From assembly GCA_963701725.1 (NCBI GenBank), contig CAVPAZ010000024.1, forward strand, positions 47,580 to 111,579: DNA of 64,000 nucleotides. The letters run 5' to 3'. This document shows positions 53,357 through 63,353 of this stretch, piece after piece; the stretch's first letter is position 1; every line of letters begins with the position of its first letter. Made by a program: the position numbers and the translations under genes. Source of the stretch: an uncultured bacterium (GTDB lineage: Bacteria; Pseudomonadota; Gammaproteobacteria; Burkholderiales; Burkholderiaceae_C). Below the pieces are notes generated by a model that saw only the letters and a program-made list of their open reading frames with translations, did not search any database and was not told the origin of the DNA.

Positions 53357-55375
53357 ATGCTCCGGCCGGTCGTGCCATGGGGGAAACCGGTCCCTCGAGA
53401 GCGGGCGTTGGCGGTCGCAGGGGCCGTTCGGTCGAAGCGGTACCCGAGGAACTCGCTCGATTCTGCGCTCACTCGCGTCCTGAACTCCGCCGCCTTCGCG
53501 CACGCCGGACGGTTGGCCCGCTTCCTGCGGTTTGCCGCGCGGGAAGTGTTCGCCGGCCACGGCGACCGGCTGAAGGAATACGTCGTCGCGGTCGAGGTCT
53601 TCGACCGTCCCGCCTCGTTCAATCCCGCCACTGACTCCGTCGTCCGCGTCGAGGCCCGCCGTCTCCGGGCGAAGCTCGAGGCCTTCTACGCCGACGAAGG
53701 TCGCGACGAACGGGTGGTCATCGAGTTGCCGAAGGGCAGCTACGCACCCGTGTTCGGGTTCCGCGCCGAGCCGGGTTCGGCTGAGTCGGCGTCCGGGCAG
53801 AGCGCTCCGGTGGGCGCTGCAGAGGGCCTGGCGGAACCGGAGGGGAACCACTCTCGCGCTGGAGCGGCGGCTCAGCGGGCTGGCGTGGCCGGGTGGCCGG
53901 GCGCCGGGCGCCGCCATGCCCTCCTGATGGGCATGGCCCTGGCACTGGTGGTGATCTCGGTCGGCACGTCGGTCCTGCTGTGGAAGGCCCGACCCGCCGC
54001 TGCCGTGGTCGCGGTGCTTCCGTTCGATAGCATCGGGGGCGGAACCGACGACGAGTACTTCGCCTTCGGCGTCATGGAGGACTTGACGGCACGGTTATCA
54101 CGGGTCGAGGGCCTTCGCGTGGTCGCGCGAACCTCCGCCTCGCAGTACAAGCGGGGAGACGACGTCGGGACGGTCGCGCGACGTCTCAATGCCACGGCCA
54201 TCGTTGAGGGGAGCGTGCGTCGGGCCGGGTCGATGCTCCGGGTGACGACACAGTTGATCGATGCCTCGAGCGGGCACCACCTGTGGGCACGCACCTACGA
54301 CCGCGCCGCCACCGACGTGTTCGCAGCGCAGGACGACGTGACGCGCGACAGCGCCACGGAGATCGCCAACCGCCTCACGGGACGCGCTCCCGTGGCGGCA
54401 AAGGCGGCGGAAGTGCCGGCCGCGGCGCTCGCCGAGGACCGGAAAGGCCGGTACGAGCGCAACCGCAGGACGCCCGAGGGACGCCGGCAATGCGTTGCGC
54501 ACTTCGAGGAGGCGGTGCGACTGGCACCGCGGTTCGCCCCAGCCCACGCCGCGCTCGGCGAGATTCTACGCGACGCTCGCGTTCCACGGCGAGATGGCGG
54601 TCGAGAGCAGCGTCGAGAGGGCCAAGGCGTCGATTGCGCGCGCGCTGGACATCGACGCTGACCTGGCCGACGCGCACAACACGCTTGCCTGGATGCGGTT
54701 CTTCTACGACTGGGACTGGCCCGGCGCCGAACGCGAGTTCCAGCGCGCGATCGCCCTGAACCCGAGCCACGCTGGTGCGAGGCAACTGTATGCGCTCGGC
54801 CTGGCCTCTCGCGGGCGGTTCGACGAGGCGGTCGCCCAGTCCGATGCGGCGGTCGACTTGGACCCGATGGTGTACATGATCAGCGCCGAGCGAGGCGCGG
54901 TCCTCTATTGCAGCCGCCGCTACGACGAAGCCATCCGTCACGCGCAACGGGCGCTGGCGGCGAACCCTGACGCCGCCGCGGTCCGCGGCGTGTTGGGGTC
55001 GGCGCTTGCGGCGCGCGGGCAGTACGCGGAGGCCGTGGCCGAGTTCGAGAAGAGCGTGGCCGTCTTCGGACGCATCTCATACGTCATGGCCCGCATGGGA
55101 CATGCCTACGTCGGCCTCGGACGCGTCGAGGAAGCGCGGGGGCTGTTGTCGGAACTCGAAGCGGGCCAGGACTCAGGCGACGTGGCGCCGGTTCACCTCG
55201 CCCTCCTCTACACTGCCCTCGGCGACAAGGATTCCGGGCGTTCGAGGCCCTCTCGCGGGGGTGTGACCGTCACGATGGCGACGTGGTCTTCCTCGGCGTC
55301 GAGCCCCTGCTCGATCCGCTGCGGACCGACCCCCGCTTTGCGGAACTCCTGAAGCGCGTGCACCTCGCCGATTGA
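53357..55375 (+). pseudogene. Membrane-anchored ToxR/CadC-like regulator with a periplasmic TolB-N-like domain and TPR domain, with 2-3 frame breaks
   Basis: The N-terminus RLARFLRFAAREVFAGHGDRLKEYVVAVEVFDR...VRVEARRLRAKLEAFYADEGRDERVVIELPKGSYAPVF looks like a winged-helix trans_reg_C domain. It is followed by a TM helix ALLMGMALALVVISVGTSVLLW, then VAVLPFDSIGG...FAFGVMEDL. The TPR part is in ORF 54495..55352, and the reconstructed tail is ...DPRFAELLKRVHLAD*. Confidence 0.65.
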
Positions 55376-56183
55376 CCGGCGGGGCGCCAGCGACAGGCCT
55401 CGACCGATGGCGGCTGCACGGCGAATCACCGGCCACCGTTCTGCTCAGCCCGCGAAAGATCAGATCCCTGAACCTGTCCACCGCGTGGAAGCTCGGACCG
55501 TCGGGGACCGACCATGCGGCGTACACAGCATTCCGTTCGGGCGCGGACGAACCGCCGGGACGCTTGATCCGGAAGACATTGAAGTGCCAGCGGTCGCCGA
55601 CCGAAGGCGGGATTCGCCGCGCGGCGTCGTCCGACAGCCCGCGTGCACCCTCGAACGGCATCGACGCGATGGCCGTCCACCGACACCTGCCCTGCCCGGC
55701 CGTCCGTCGCGTCACGCGTGACTGCAGGCCCGGCCAGTCCCAGCCGGTGTCCGATGAGAGCTCCGGCCAGGGCGTGGCCACGCGCAGATTGCACACGACG
55801 TTCGCCGGGTTGATCTCGACCTCCGCGTAGGAACGGCCGGCGCGAGCAGGGTCGAGGAAGACCTCGACGACCTCTTCGTTCCACAGGTGATCGTCGCGCT
55901 TCGTGAGCGTCCACCACGGTTCGTCGTCGTCACAATCGAAGCGGACGACGAGCGCCTCGCGCGTCCAGAGCGCCCGGAACTCCGTCCGGTACGCGTCCGG
56001 TCCCCACGCAATCGAGGTGCAGCCACTCCATGCGCCGTGGAGGACGTTCAGCAGGGTCTCCGCGGCGTCCCCGCAGGCACGGACGTCGAGATGAGTGGCA
56101 GGCGGATCCGACGGGTGACGAAACATCTGGGCCATGGTCCCGGCGATTGTAGCGACGTGCTCGAGAAAGGTCCGGCGCAGCAC
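55173..56183 (-). CDS. Carbohydrate-binding family 9-like (CBM9_2/DOMON-like) protein. The last ~90 codons of the ORF as given are probably read-through.
   Basis: FRALWTREALVVRFDCDDDEPW...DHLWNEEVVEVFLDP...YAEVEINP...WHFNVFRI. A 1-nt shift near 55,455 would give ...FAG* at 55445-55447 and remove the ~200-nt overlap with the convergent regulator gene. Confidence 0.6.
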   Translation of the reverse strand: MLRRTFLEHVATIAGTMAQMFRHPSDPPATHLDVRACGDAAETLLNVLHGAWSGCTSIAWGPDAYRTEFRALWTREALVVRFDCDDDEPWWTLTKRDDHLWNEEVVEVFLDPARAGRSYAEVEINPANVVCNLRVATPWPELSSDTGWDWPGLQSRVTRRTAGQGRCRWTAIASMPFEGARGLSDDAARRIPPSVGDRWHFNVFRIKRPGGSSAPERNAVYAAWSVPDGPSFHAVDRFRDLIFRGLSRTVAGDSPCSRHRSRPVAGAPPVNRRGARASGVPQSGGRSAADRAGARRRGRPRRHRDGHTPARGPRTPGILVAEGSVEEGEVNRRHVA

Positions 56184-56187
56184 CGCG

Positions 56188-57452
56188 TCACACGAGGACG
56201 TCGCCGGTCATCACCGGCGCGGCGCCCGTGATGCGTACCCGGACCCACTCGTTCCGCCGGTGCCCCGGTGGAATCTTCACCTTGCAGTAGTGGCCCGTGA
56301 GCGCGAGCGTGCCGTCATCCAGCGTGATCGCGCGGTGTTCGCTGCCGACCTGGTCGGCCCGGAAGCGTTCCTGCAGGCGCTCCCCGATCGATCGCACCCG
56401 GGCTGCACGGTCACGGACGGTCGTGCCGTGCACCTTGGGGCGGATCGATGCCGCGTCCGTCCCCGGCCGATCGGAGAACGGGAACACGTGCAGCGACGTC
56501 AGTGGCGATCCCGACAGGTAGTCGCAGAGCGCATCGACGTCTGCGTCCTGCTCGCCGGGGAACCCCACGATGACGTCCGCGCCGATGGCGGCGCGGGGCA
56601 TGCGGGCGCGAATCCTGTCCACGACGTGCGCGTACTGCGCCGGCGTGTACGGACGGCGCATCGCGTCGAGCACGCGGCCACTGGCATGCTGGAGCGGGAC
56701 GTGAAAGTGCGGCGCGTAACAGGCCGAGTCCGCGACGAGGTCGATCACCGCGTCACTGCAGTCCATCGGCTCGATCGAACTGAGCCGGACTCGCACACCC
56801 AGCGTCTCGGCGTGAACCGCCAGTCGCCTGAGCAGTGCTTCCAGCGACGTCGCCGGCACGAGGTCCCGGCCGTATGACCCGAGGTGCACGCCCGTGAGGA
56901 CGACTTCTCTGTACCCGTGCCCCGCCGCGTCCCCGACGCGCGTGACCACTTCGTGGACTGGCAGGCTGCGGCCGCGCCCTCGGGTGCGCGGGATGATGCA
57001 GTAACTGCACGCCTCGTCGCAGCCCGTCTGGACCGCCAGCGTCCATGCCGTCCGCCCGGCCAGACCGGGTTGCGGCAGCGAGCCACACGGCCCCTCGCCC
57101 GCAGGAGGCACAGCGGCACCAACGGCGCCCAGCCACGAGCCGGACAGATCGTGCTTGGCATCGTTGGACACGACCGCACACACGCCTGGCATCGACTCCA
57201 GGTCGGCGGGGCGGCGCGACGCATAGCACCCGGTGGCGACGATCCGAGCGGCCGAGTTGCCCCGCGCGATTCGCCGGATGGCCTGCCGCCCCCCCTGGTC
57301 GGCTCCAGCTGTCACCGAGCAGGTGTTGACGATGACGAATCCGCCTCCTCTGGGGGCACGGCTCGCGCCCCGGCGCGAAGCAGCGCGGCCTCGATTGCCA
57401 ACGAATCAGCGGTGTTGACCCGACAGCCGAACGTGACGATGGCGTAGGTCAT
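56188..57452 (-). pseudogene. mtaB: tRNA methylthiotransferase MtaB-like (radical SAM), with one frame break near 57,340
   Basis: MTYAIVTFGCRVNTADS (ATG 57452) is in one frame. VNTCSVTAGADQ...QTGCDEACSYCIIP...TSLHVFPFS is in ORF 56188..57315. Confidence 0.75.
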
Positions 57453-57541
57453 CGGAGAGAGTACTTGACCGGCTGTCGGCTACCGGCATGCACGGCCGTG
57501 CGGGTGCTCGATGCTGCCGGAAGGGGGATACGCCAACCTCG

Positions 57542-58816
57542 CTACGCCCCTGCCCGCAGCGCGCGCTGCCCGATGTCCCGGCGCATGTGCATGCCCTCGA
57601 AGCGGATCGATCCGGCCGCGTCGTACGCCCGCGCGATGGCGGTCCCGAAATCCTCGCCTCGCGCGACCACGGTGAGCACGCGGCCACCGTCGGTCACCAG
57701 ACGCCCATCGCGTTCGGCCGTCCCCGCGTGGAACACGATCACGTCTGCGGCGTCTGCCGCAGGCAGTCCCTCGATGGCCTTGCCCTTCTGGAAGGGACCC
57801 GGGTAGCCACCGGAGGCGAGCACCACACCGACGTGCGGTTGCCCGAAGACCAGGGGCTGGTCGGCTGAGAGACGACCGGCGGCGGCCGCGGCGAGCCAGG
57901 CGGCCAGCGAGCCCTGCAGGCCCGGGAGGATCACCTGGGCCTCCGGGTCACCCAGCCGCACATTGAACTCGACGACTTTCGGGCCCTGCGGGGTGAACAT
58001 GAGGCCCACGTACAGGAACCCGCAGAACGGCATCCCCTCTGACGCCATGCCGCGCAGCACGGGCGTGACGATCGTGTCGAACACCAGCCGCTCGACCTCG
58101 GCCGTCAGGCGCGGACTGGGGGCGAAGGCGCCCATGCCCCCGGTGTTGGGGCCCTCGTCGTTGTCGCCAACGCGCTTGTGGTCCTGGGCCGACGCGAGGG
58201 TGACGCCTCGGGTGCCGTCGCAGAGCACGAAGAACGAGGCCTCTTCCCCCGTCATGCACTCCTCGATGACGAGGGCGTCACCGGCGTCACCGAACTGTCG
58301 GCCGAGCATGGCGCCGTCAATGGCGGCGTGGGCGGTCTCGAGGTCGGGCGCAATCACGACGCCCTTCCCGGCGGCGAGGCCGTCTGCCTTGACGACGACG
58401 GGCAGCCCGAGCTCCGCGACGGCGCGCCGGGCGTCCTCCGGCGACGAACAGGCCCGATGCCGGGCCGTCGGGACGCCGTGCCTGGCCATGAACGCCTTCG
58501 CGAACACCTTGCTGGTTTCCAGTTGCGACGCCGCACGCGACGGGCCGAGCAGTGCCAGCCCTTCTGTGGCGAACCGGTCCGCGACGCCGAGGGCCAACGG
58601 CAGCTCCGGCCCGACGACCGTCAGGTCGACGCGTTCCGCACGGGCGAGGGCGACCAGGCCGTCGATGTCGGCGGGGCGCACGTCCGCGCACCGGGCCAGC
58701 CCAGCGATGCCCGGGTTTCCGGGCGCGCACACCACGCCCGTGACGCCCGCGTCTCGCGACAGGCGCCACACGAGCGCGTGCTCGCGCCCGCCAGATCCGA
58801 CGACGAGGAGTTTCAT
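57542..58816 (-). CDS. purD: Phosphoribosylamine--glycine ligase
   Basis: Intact 424-aa ORF: MKLLVVGSGGREHALVWRL...VVKADGLAAGKGV...GPNTGGMGAF...EFNVRLGDPE. Confidence 0.95.
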   Translation of the reverse strand: MKLLVVGSGGREHALVWRLSRDAGVTGVVCAPGNPGIAGLARCADVRPADIDGLVALARAERVDLTVVGPELPLALGVADRFATEGLALLGPSRAASQLETSKVFAKAFMARHGVPTARHRACSSPEDARRAVAELGLPVVVKADGLAAGKGVVIAPDLETAHAAIDGAMLGRQFGDAGDALVIEECMTGEEASFFVLCDGTRGVTLASAQDHKRVGDNDEGPNTGGMGAFAPSPRLTAEVERLVFDTIVTPVLRGMASEGMPFCGFLYVGLMFTPQGPKVVEFNVRLGDPEAQVILPGLQGSLAAWLAAAAAGRLSADQPLVFGQPHVGVVLASGGYPGPFQKGKAIEGLPAADAADVIVFHAGTAERDGRLVTDGGRVLTVVARGEDFGTAIARAYDAAGSIRFEGMHMRRDIGQRALRAGA

Positions 58817-58977
58817 GGGAGGACCCGGGCCACCTCAGGCGCGGCGTGGCGCGCGGATCCAGGGCCGGAATCCGGGTCCACGGCGAGCCGCGTTGGAGTG
58901 TGATAGCCTAGCATATTCGCCTGTTCGGCTGCGGTCGGACAAGCATGCCATTAGGCACGTGAGGGGGTGAATCAGCG

Positions 58978-59175
58978 TTGGCCGAAGTCAAAGTCCAGGA
59001 AGGTGAGTCCATCGAAAGCGCCCTCCGGCGTTTCAAGCGGAAGGTGCAGCAAGAGGACATCATCAAGGACATCAAGAAACACTCCTTCTATCTGAAGCCG
59101 GGCGACAAGCGCCGCGCGAAGCAAGCCCTTGCGCGGAAGCGAAGCCGCAAGAAGCAACGGCGGGAGATGGAGTAG
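58978..59175 (+). CDS. rpsU: 30S ribosomal protein S21
   Basis: TTG start with GAGGGGG upstream. AEVKVQEGESIESALRRFKRKVQQEDIIKDIKKHSFYLKPGDKRR. Confidence 0.9.
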   Translation: MAEVKVQEGESIESALRRFKRKVQQEDIIKDIKKHSFYLKPGDKRRAKQALARKRSRKKQRREME

Positions 59176-59196
59176 GTCGCCGAGCGGAGGCCGCCC

Positions 59197-59508
59197 GTGG
59201 ACGTGGAGGACCGGGAACTGCGGTGTGTCAGCTGCGGCCTGGCCTTTGTCTGGACGGCCGGCGAGCAGGCCTATTACGCGGACAAGCAGTTACCCCACGA
59301 GCCGAGGCACTGCCGCGCCTGTAGCAGGGCGCGGCGGAGCCCGGCCGTGGCGGTACTGCGACCGTCCGCCAAGGTGACGAGCGCGGCAACGTGCTCGCAG
59401 TGCGGCCGGCCGACGACGGTGCCGTTCCATCCGTCGGTGGGCCGGCCGGTGTTCTGCAAGACGTGTTACAAGCGCAGGCGCACACCGGTCGCACGTCGCG
59501 ATCCGTGA
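59197..59508 (+). CDS. Double zinc-ribbon protein (two CxxC...CxxC pairs)
   Basis: LRCVSCGLAFVWTAGEQAYY...PRHCRAC and ATCSQCGRPTTVPF...PVFCKTCY. GTG start 22 nt after rpsU. Confidence 0.6.
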   Translation: MDVEDRELRCVSCGLAFVWTAGEQAYYADKQLPHEPRHCRACSRARRSPAVAVLRPSAKVTSAATCSQCGRPTTVPFHPSVGRPVFCKTCYKRRRTPVARRDP

Positions 59509-59704
59509 GGAGCGGCGCCTGGCTTCGCTCGCGGCATCCGGGTCTCGTAGCCGCGCCCGGATGCGGTAGCCGGCGCAGGCGCCTGGCGACCGTAAGCTGC
59601 TGAATTGACGGTAGAAAATTCTTCGTGTTAGTGTGACGGGTCCGGGTTCGCCCAGTCTGCGCAGCCGCAGTCAACCGGCACACGGCGCGCCAAGGGAGTC
59701 AGCA

Positions 59705-60042
59705 ATGCAGATCGAAGAACGCGTGGTTGGCGAGGTCTTGATCCTCGACCTCAAGGGCAAGATGACCCTCGGTGAGGGCGACGAGTTGTTGAAGGACAAG
59801 ATCAACAGCCTCATCAGCCAGGGCCGCAAGAAGCTCCTGCTGAACCTGGAAGGCGTTCCCTACATCGACAGCGCGGGCCTCGGTGAGATCGTGCGCACCT
59901 ACACCACGGTCAGCCGCCAGGGGGGAAGCTGAAGCTGCTCAACCTCACCAAGCGCATCCAGGACCTGCTGGCCATCACGAAGCTGCTCACCGTGTTCGAG
60001 ACGTACGAGTCCGAGGACGAAGCCATCAAGAGCTTCGCGTAA
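59705..60042 (+). pseudogene. STAS-domain anti-sigma-factor antagonist (SpoIIAA-like), with one frame break at the G-run near 59,925
   Basis: MQIEERVVGEVLILDLKGKMTLGEGDELL...[16 protein letters not shown] is in ORF 59633..59932. In the next frame it continues [38 protein letters not shown] (TAA 60040-60042). Confidence 0.75.
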
Positions 60043-60075
60043 TCCGCGAGGCATCCGCCTCGTTCGCGGCGTTGC

Positions 60076-61023
60076 ATGGCGCGTCCCGCACCCGTACCGA
60101 CCGCTGAAGACCCGGGCGCCCTGCCAGACGGCGGGGCGCCCGTTCCTCTCGTCAAGAGCCTTCTCCGCTCGATCCGGCCGCATCAGTGGACGAAGAACCT
60201 GGTGATCTTCGCCGCGCTGTTGTTCGGCCAGCAGTTGCTCAACCCTGCCTCCCTCAGCGCTTCCGTGGGGGCCTTTGCGGTCTTCTGCGGCCTCTCGGGT
60301 GTGGTCTACCTCGTCAACGACGTGATGGACCGCGATGCCGATCGGCTGCACCCCAAGAAGCGGTTCCGCCCGGTGGCCAGTGGCGCGTTGCCGGTGCCGA
60401 CTGCGCTGCTGTCGGCAGGGGTGCTTGCTGCGGTTGCGCTCGCTGGCGCCGTGGTGCTCGGCCGGGAGTTCACCCTCGTCGCAGTGACCTACCTGGCGTT
60501 GCTGACGCTCTACTCGGGCCCTCTCAAGCACATGGTCATCCTCGACGTGTTGACCATTGCCTTCGGGTTCGTCCTGCGTGCGGCAGCCGGCGCGGTGGCG
60601 ATCCACGTTCCAATCAGTCACTGGCTGCTGGTGTGCACGATCCTGCTGGCCCTCTTCCTGGCGCTCGCGAAGCGTCGCCAGGAACTCGTCGTGCTGGCCG
60701 ACGGCGCGTCGGGGCATCGCGCGATCCTGCGCGAGTACAGCCCCGCGTTGCTCGACCAGATGATTTCCGTCGTGACGGCGTCGACGCTCATGGCGTATGC
60801 GCTGTACACGGTCAGCCCCGAGACGATCGCGAAGGTCGGGACCGACCGCCTGCTGTTCACGCTGCCGTTCCCGTTGTACGGCATCTTCCGGTATCTGTAC
60901 CTCGTTCACCAGCGGCAAGGCGGCGGCAGTCCCGCCGAGATGCTGCTTCAGGACCGACCGCTGCTGCTGTGCGCCGCACTCTGGGTGCTGGCGGTGGCGG
61001 CCATCATCTACGGCCCGCTCTAG
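60076..61023 (+). CDS. UbiA-family prenyl-phosphate phosphoribosyltransferase (decaprenyl-phosphate PRTase-like)
   Basis: Intact 315-aa polytopic ORF with RPHQWTKNLVIFAALLF and the Asp-rich motif LVNDVMDRDADRLHPKKRFRPVASG. Confidence 0.7.
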   Translation: MARPAPVPTAEDPGALPDGGAPVPLVKSLLRSIRPHQWTKNLVIFAALLFGQQLLNPASLSASVGAFAVFCGLSGVVYLVNDVMDRDADRLHPKKRFRPVASGALPVPTALLSAGVLAAVALAGAVVLGREFTLVAVTYLALLTLYSGPLKHMVILDVLTIAFGFVLRAAAGAVAIHVPISHWLLVCTILLALFLALAKRRQELVVLADGASGHRAILREYSPALLDQMISVVTASTLMAYALYTVSPETIAKVGTDRLLFTLPFPLYGIFRYLYLVHQRQGGGSPAEMLLQDRPLLLCAALWVLAVAAIIYGPL

Positions 61024-61102
61024 TCGCGGTCTCCTGAGGGACCAGCGATCGGGCAGGCACAGCCGACGCCCCGTCTCCCGCGTCCAGTCGCGGGCCGGGC
61101 CC

Positions 61103-62017
61103 ATGCACATGGCCGACTTCACGATTCGTTCGGACCAGATCGACGTCGAGCAGATCATGCGGCAGATCCGCACGCGCATCAAAGAGAAGCGCGGGGTGGA
61201 CTACACCGAGCAGGAGATCAAGGAACTCGCGGGCGTCAAGCTCGAGCGATTCCTCGATCCGCGCGCGTTGCGATCCGATCTGCTGATGCACTACCGACAG
61301 CAACGGCCTCCGCAGGGCCTGCCGACGCTTCCCCCGCACCCGACGACGTACGCGTTCGACGACGAGACGATGTACGCGTCGCACCGGGGGCCGCTGCGCT
61401 GGATCCGCAAGCTGCTGAACCCGCTGCTGAAGCTGTTCTTCAACCCCAACCCGTTGATCCAGGTGCTGCACATGCAGGGCGAGATCAACGAGTACCAGTT
61501 GCGCCAGTACGCCCAGCAGTTCGACCACATCAGCCAGCGGTTCGTCACGCGCGACGAACTCGACGCCCTCAACTACGAGGTGTTGAACAACGTCGTGCTC
61601 GAACTGACGCGCCTGGGCATCGAGGTGAAGAACCTCAAGATGCGCGTCGAGTCGCTGTCGACGCGGCTCGACTTCGACGAGCGTCGGGCGCGCGCGCTCG
61701 AGAGCCTCGTCCAGCTCAAGCCCGGCGCGGTCGCCTCGCCGCAGGAGACTGCTCCCCAGGTTCAGGACGGCCCTGATGCCGAGGGTGACGGCGACGCGGG
61801 CCGGACGGGCAAGCGGCGGCGACGCCGCCGTGGCCGCCGTCGTGGTCCGGGCGAGGGGCCGTCGACGGCGGAGGAGCAGGGTGCCGTGCAGGGTGCCGTG
61901 CAGGGTGGCGAGCCGGCCGGCGCCGGCGCACCAGCCGCGCAAGACACCGACGCAGCGCGCTCCACCGAGTCACGCCCGGCGGAGCCGCCACCGGGCGATT
62001 CCCGCACGGACCAGTGA
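61103..62017 (+). CDS. Hypothetical coiled-coil protein with an Arg-rich, low-complexity C-terminus
   Basis: ATG 61103 in the frame of ORF 60797..62017. Reads DQIDVEQIMRQIRTRIKEKRG...LNYEVLNNVVLELTRLGIEVKNLKMRVESL, with a tail [16 protein letters not shown]. No family assigned. Confidence 0.5.
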   Translation: MHMADFTIRSDQIDVEQIMRQIRTRIKEKRGVDYTEQEIKELAGVKLERFLDPRALRSDLLMHYRQQRPPQGLPTLPPHPTTYAFDDETMYASHRGPLRWIRKLLNPLLKLFFNPNPLIQVLHMQGEINEYQLRQYAQQFDHISQRFVTRDELDALNYEVLNNVVLELTRLGIEVKNLKMRVESLSTRLDFDERRARALESLVQLKPGAVASPQETAPQVQDGPDAEGDGDAGRTGKRRRRRRGRRRGPGEGPSTAEEQGAVQGAVQGGEPAGAGAPAAQDTDAARSTESRPAEPPPGDSRTDQ

Positions 62018-63353
62018 GAGCTCGCTGTCGTCGTCCAGCGTTACGGCGCCGACATCAACGGCGGCGCTGAACTGCACGCCCGCTACGTTGCGGAGCACCT
62101 CGCACGCCACCACGACGTCGAGGTGTTGACCACGTGCGCTCGCGACTACGTCACGTGGCGCAACGAACTGCCGGAAGGGGCGGAGCAGATCAACGGCGTC
62201 GCCGTGCGCGGTTCCCGGTGTCGCGGGAGCGCGTCCCGGAGGAATTCGGCCGCCGGTCGCATCGTCGTCTTCCAGGGCCAGCACTCGGTCAAGGACGAAC
62301 TCGACTGGCTCGAGGCGGAAGGGCCGACGAGCCCCGCCCTGCTCGAGATACCTCGCGGCGTCTGCCGGCACGACTACGTCTTCTTCTTCAGCGCCCGGTA
62401 CTACCACGCGTACCACGGCGCCCGCGCCATGCCGCGCAAAGCCGTCCTGGTCCCGACGGCTGAACGCGACCCCGCGGTGGCCGTGAGCATCTTCGGCCCC
62501 GGTGTTCCGGGGCGTGCGCGCCATCATGTACAACACCTTCGAAGAGCGCGCGATGATCCACGCGCTGTCGGGCAACCGCGCCGTCCCGGGCGTGGTCGTG
62601 GGCATCGGCTCGGACGTGCCGTCGCACACCGACGCGCGCGGGCGCGCCGCAAGTTCTCGCCTCGACGGGCGCGTACGTCATCTACGTCGGCCGCATCGAC
62701 GAGAACAAGGGCTGCAAGGAGCTCTTCGCGTTCTTCGAACGCTACGTGAGCGGGATGCGCGGGACCTCACGCTGGTGCTCGTCGGCACCTCGATCCTGCC
62801 GATCCCCGAGCACCCGCGGCTTCCGGCACCTCGGGTTCCTCGACGACCGCGACAAGTTCGACCTTGTCTCGGGTGCCGAGGCGTTGGTCATGCCGTCGTA
62901 CTTCGAGAGCCTGTCGATGGTGGCGCTCGAAGCCTGGGCTCTGGGCCGGCCGGTGCTCGCCAACGGGCGGTGCGACGTGCTGCGCGGACAGTGCGCCCGC
63001 AGCAACGCCGGGCTCTACTACGAATCTTCGAGGAGTTCGCCGAGACGCTCAACGCCATCGAAGCGCACCCGCAGTTCGCCCACGCGCTCGGGCAGAACGG
63101 CCGCGACTACTACCGCCGCCATTACGCGTGGCCCGTGATCGAGCAGAAGTACCTGGACATGCTGGACCAGCTTGCCGAGGCTGATCGCGCCGGCCAGGCG
63201 CCCCCAGGCATCGAGGCGCTGCCCGGGATGGTTCGCGCGCGCCGGCGAAGGACGTGCCGTCCGGCCGCCGAGGTCCTGGCGGAGGTCCCGGGCGGCCCGG
63301 TGCTTCCCGCCCGGCGGCCGGATCGGCCGCGCCCGCAACGGCGGCCCGCATGA
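62014..63353 (+). pseudogene. Group-1 (GT4-like) glycosyltransferase, with many frame breaks and no usable start codon in the body frame
   Basis: The reconstructed sequence is LAVVVQRYGADINGGAELHARYVAEHLARHHDVEVLT..., VIYVGRIDENKG, and ALVMPSYFESLSMVALEAWALGRPVLAN (the E-x7-E region, ORF 62746..63138). Pieces lie in ORFs 62123.., 62502.. and 62746.. The stop overlaps the next ATG (ATGA 63350-63353). Confidence 0.7.

Noticed and set aside
55173-55445. The 3' extension of the CBM9-like ORF overlapping the convergent regulator gene as genuine coding sequence
   Set aside because: Homology ends at ...FRDLIF. The extension is Arg/Pro/Gly-rich, and a stop (55445-55447) comes into frame with a 1-nt correction. 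It is more likely another indel artefact.
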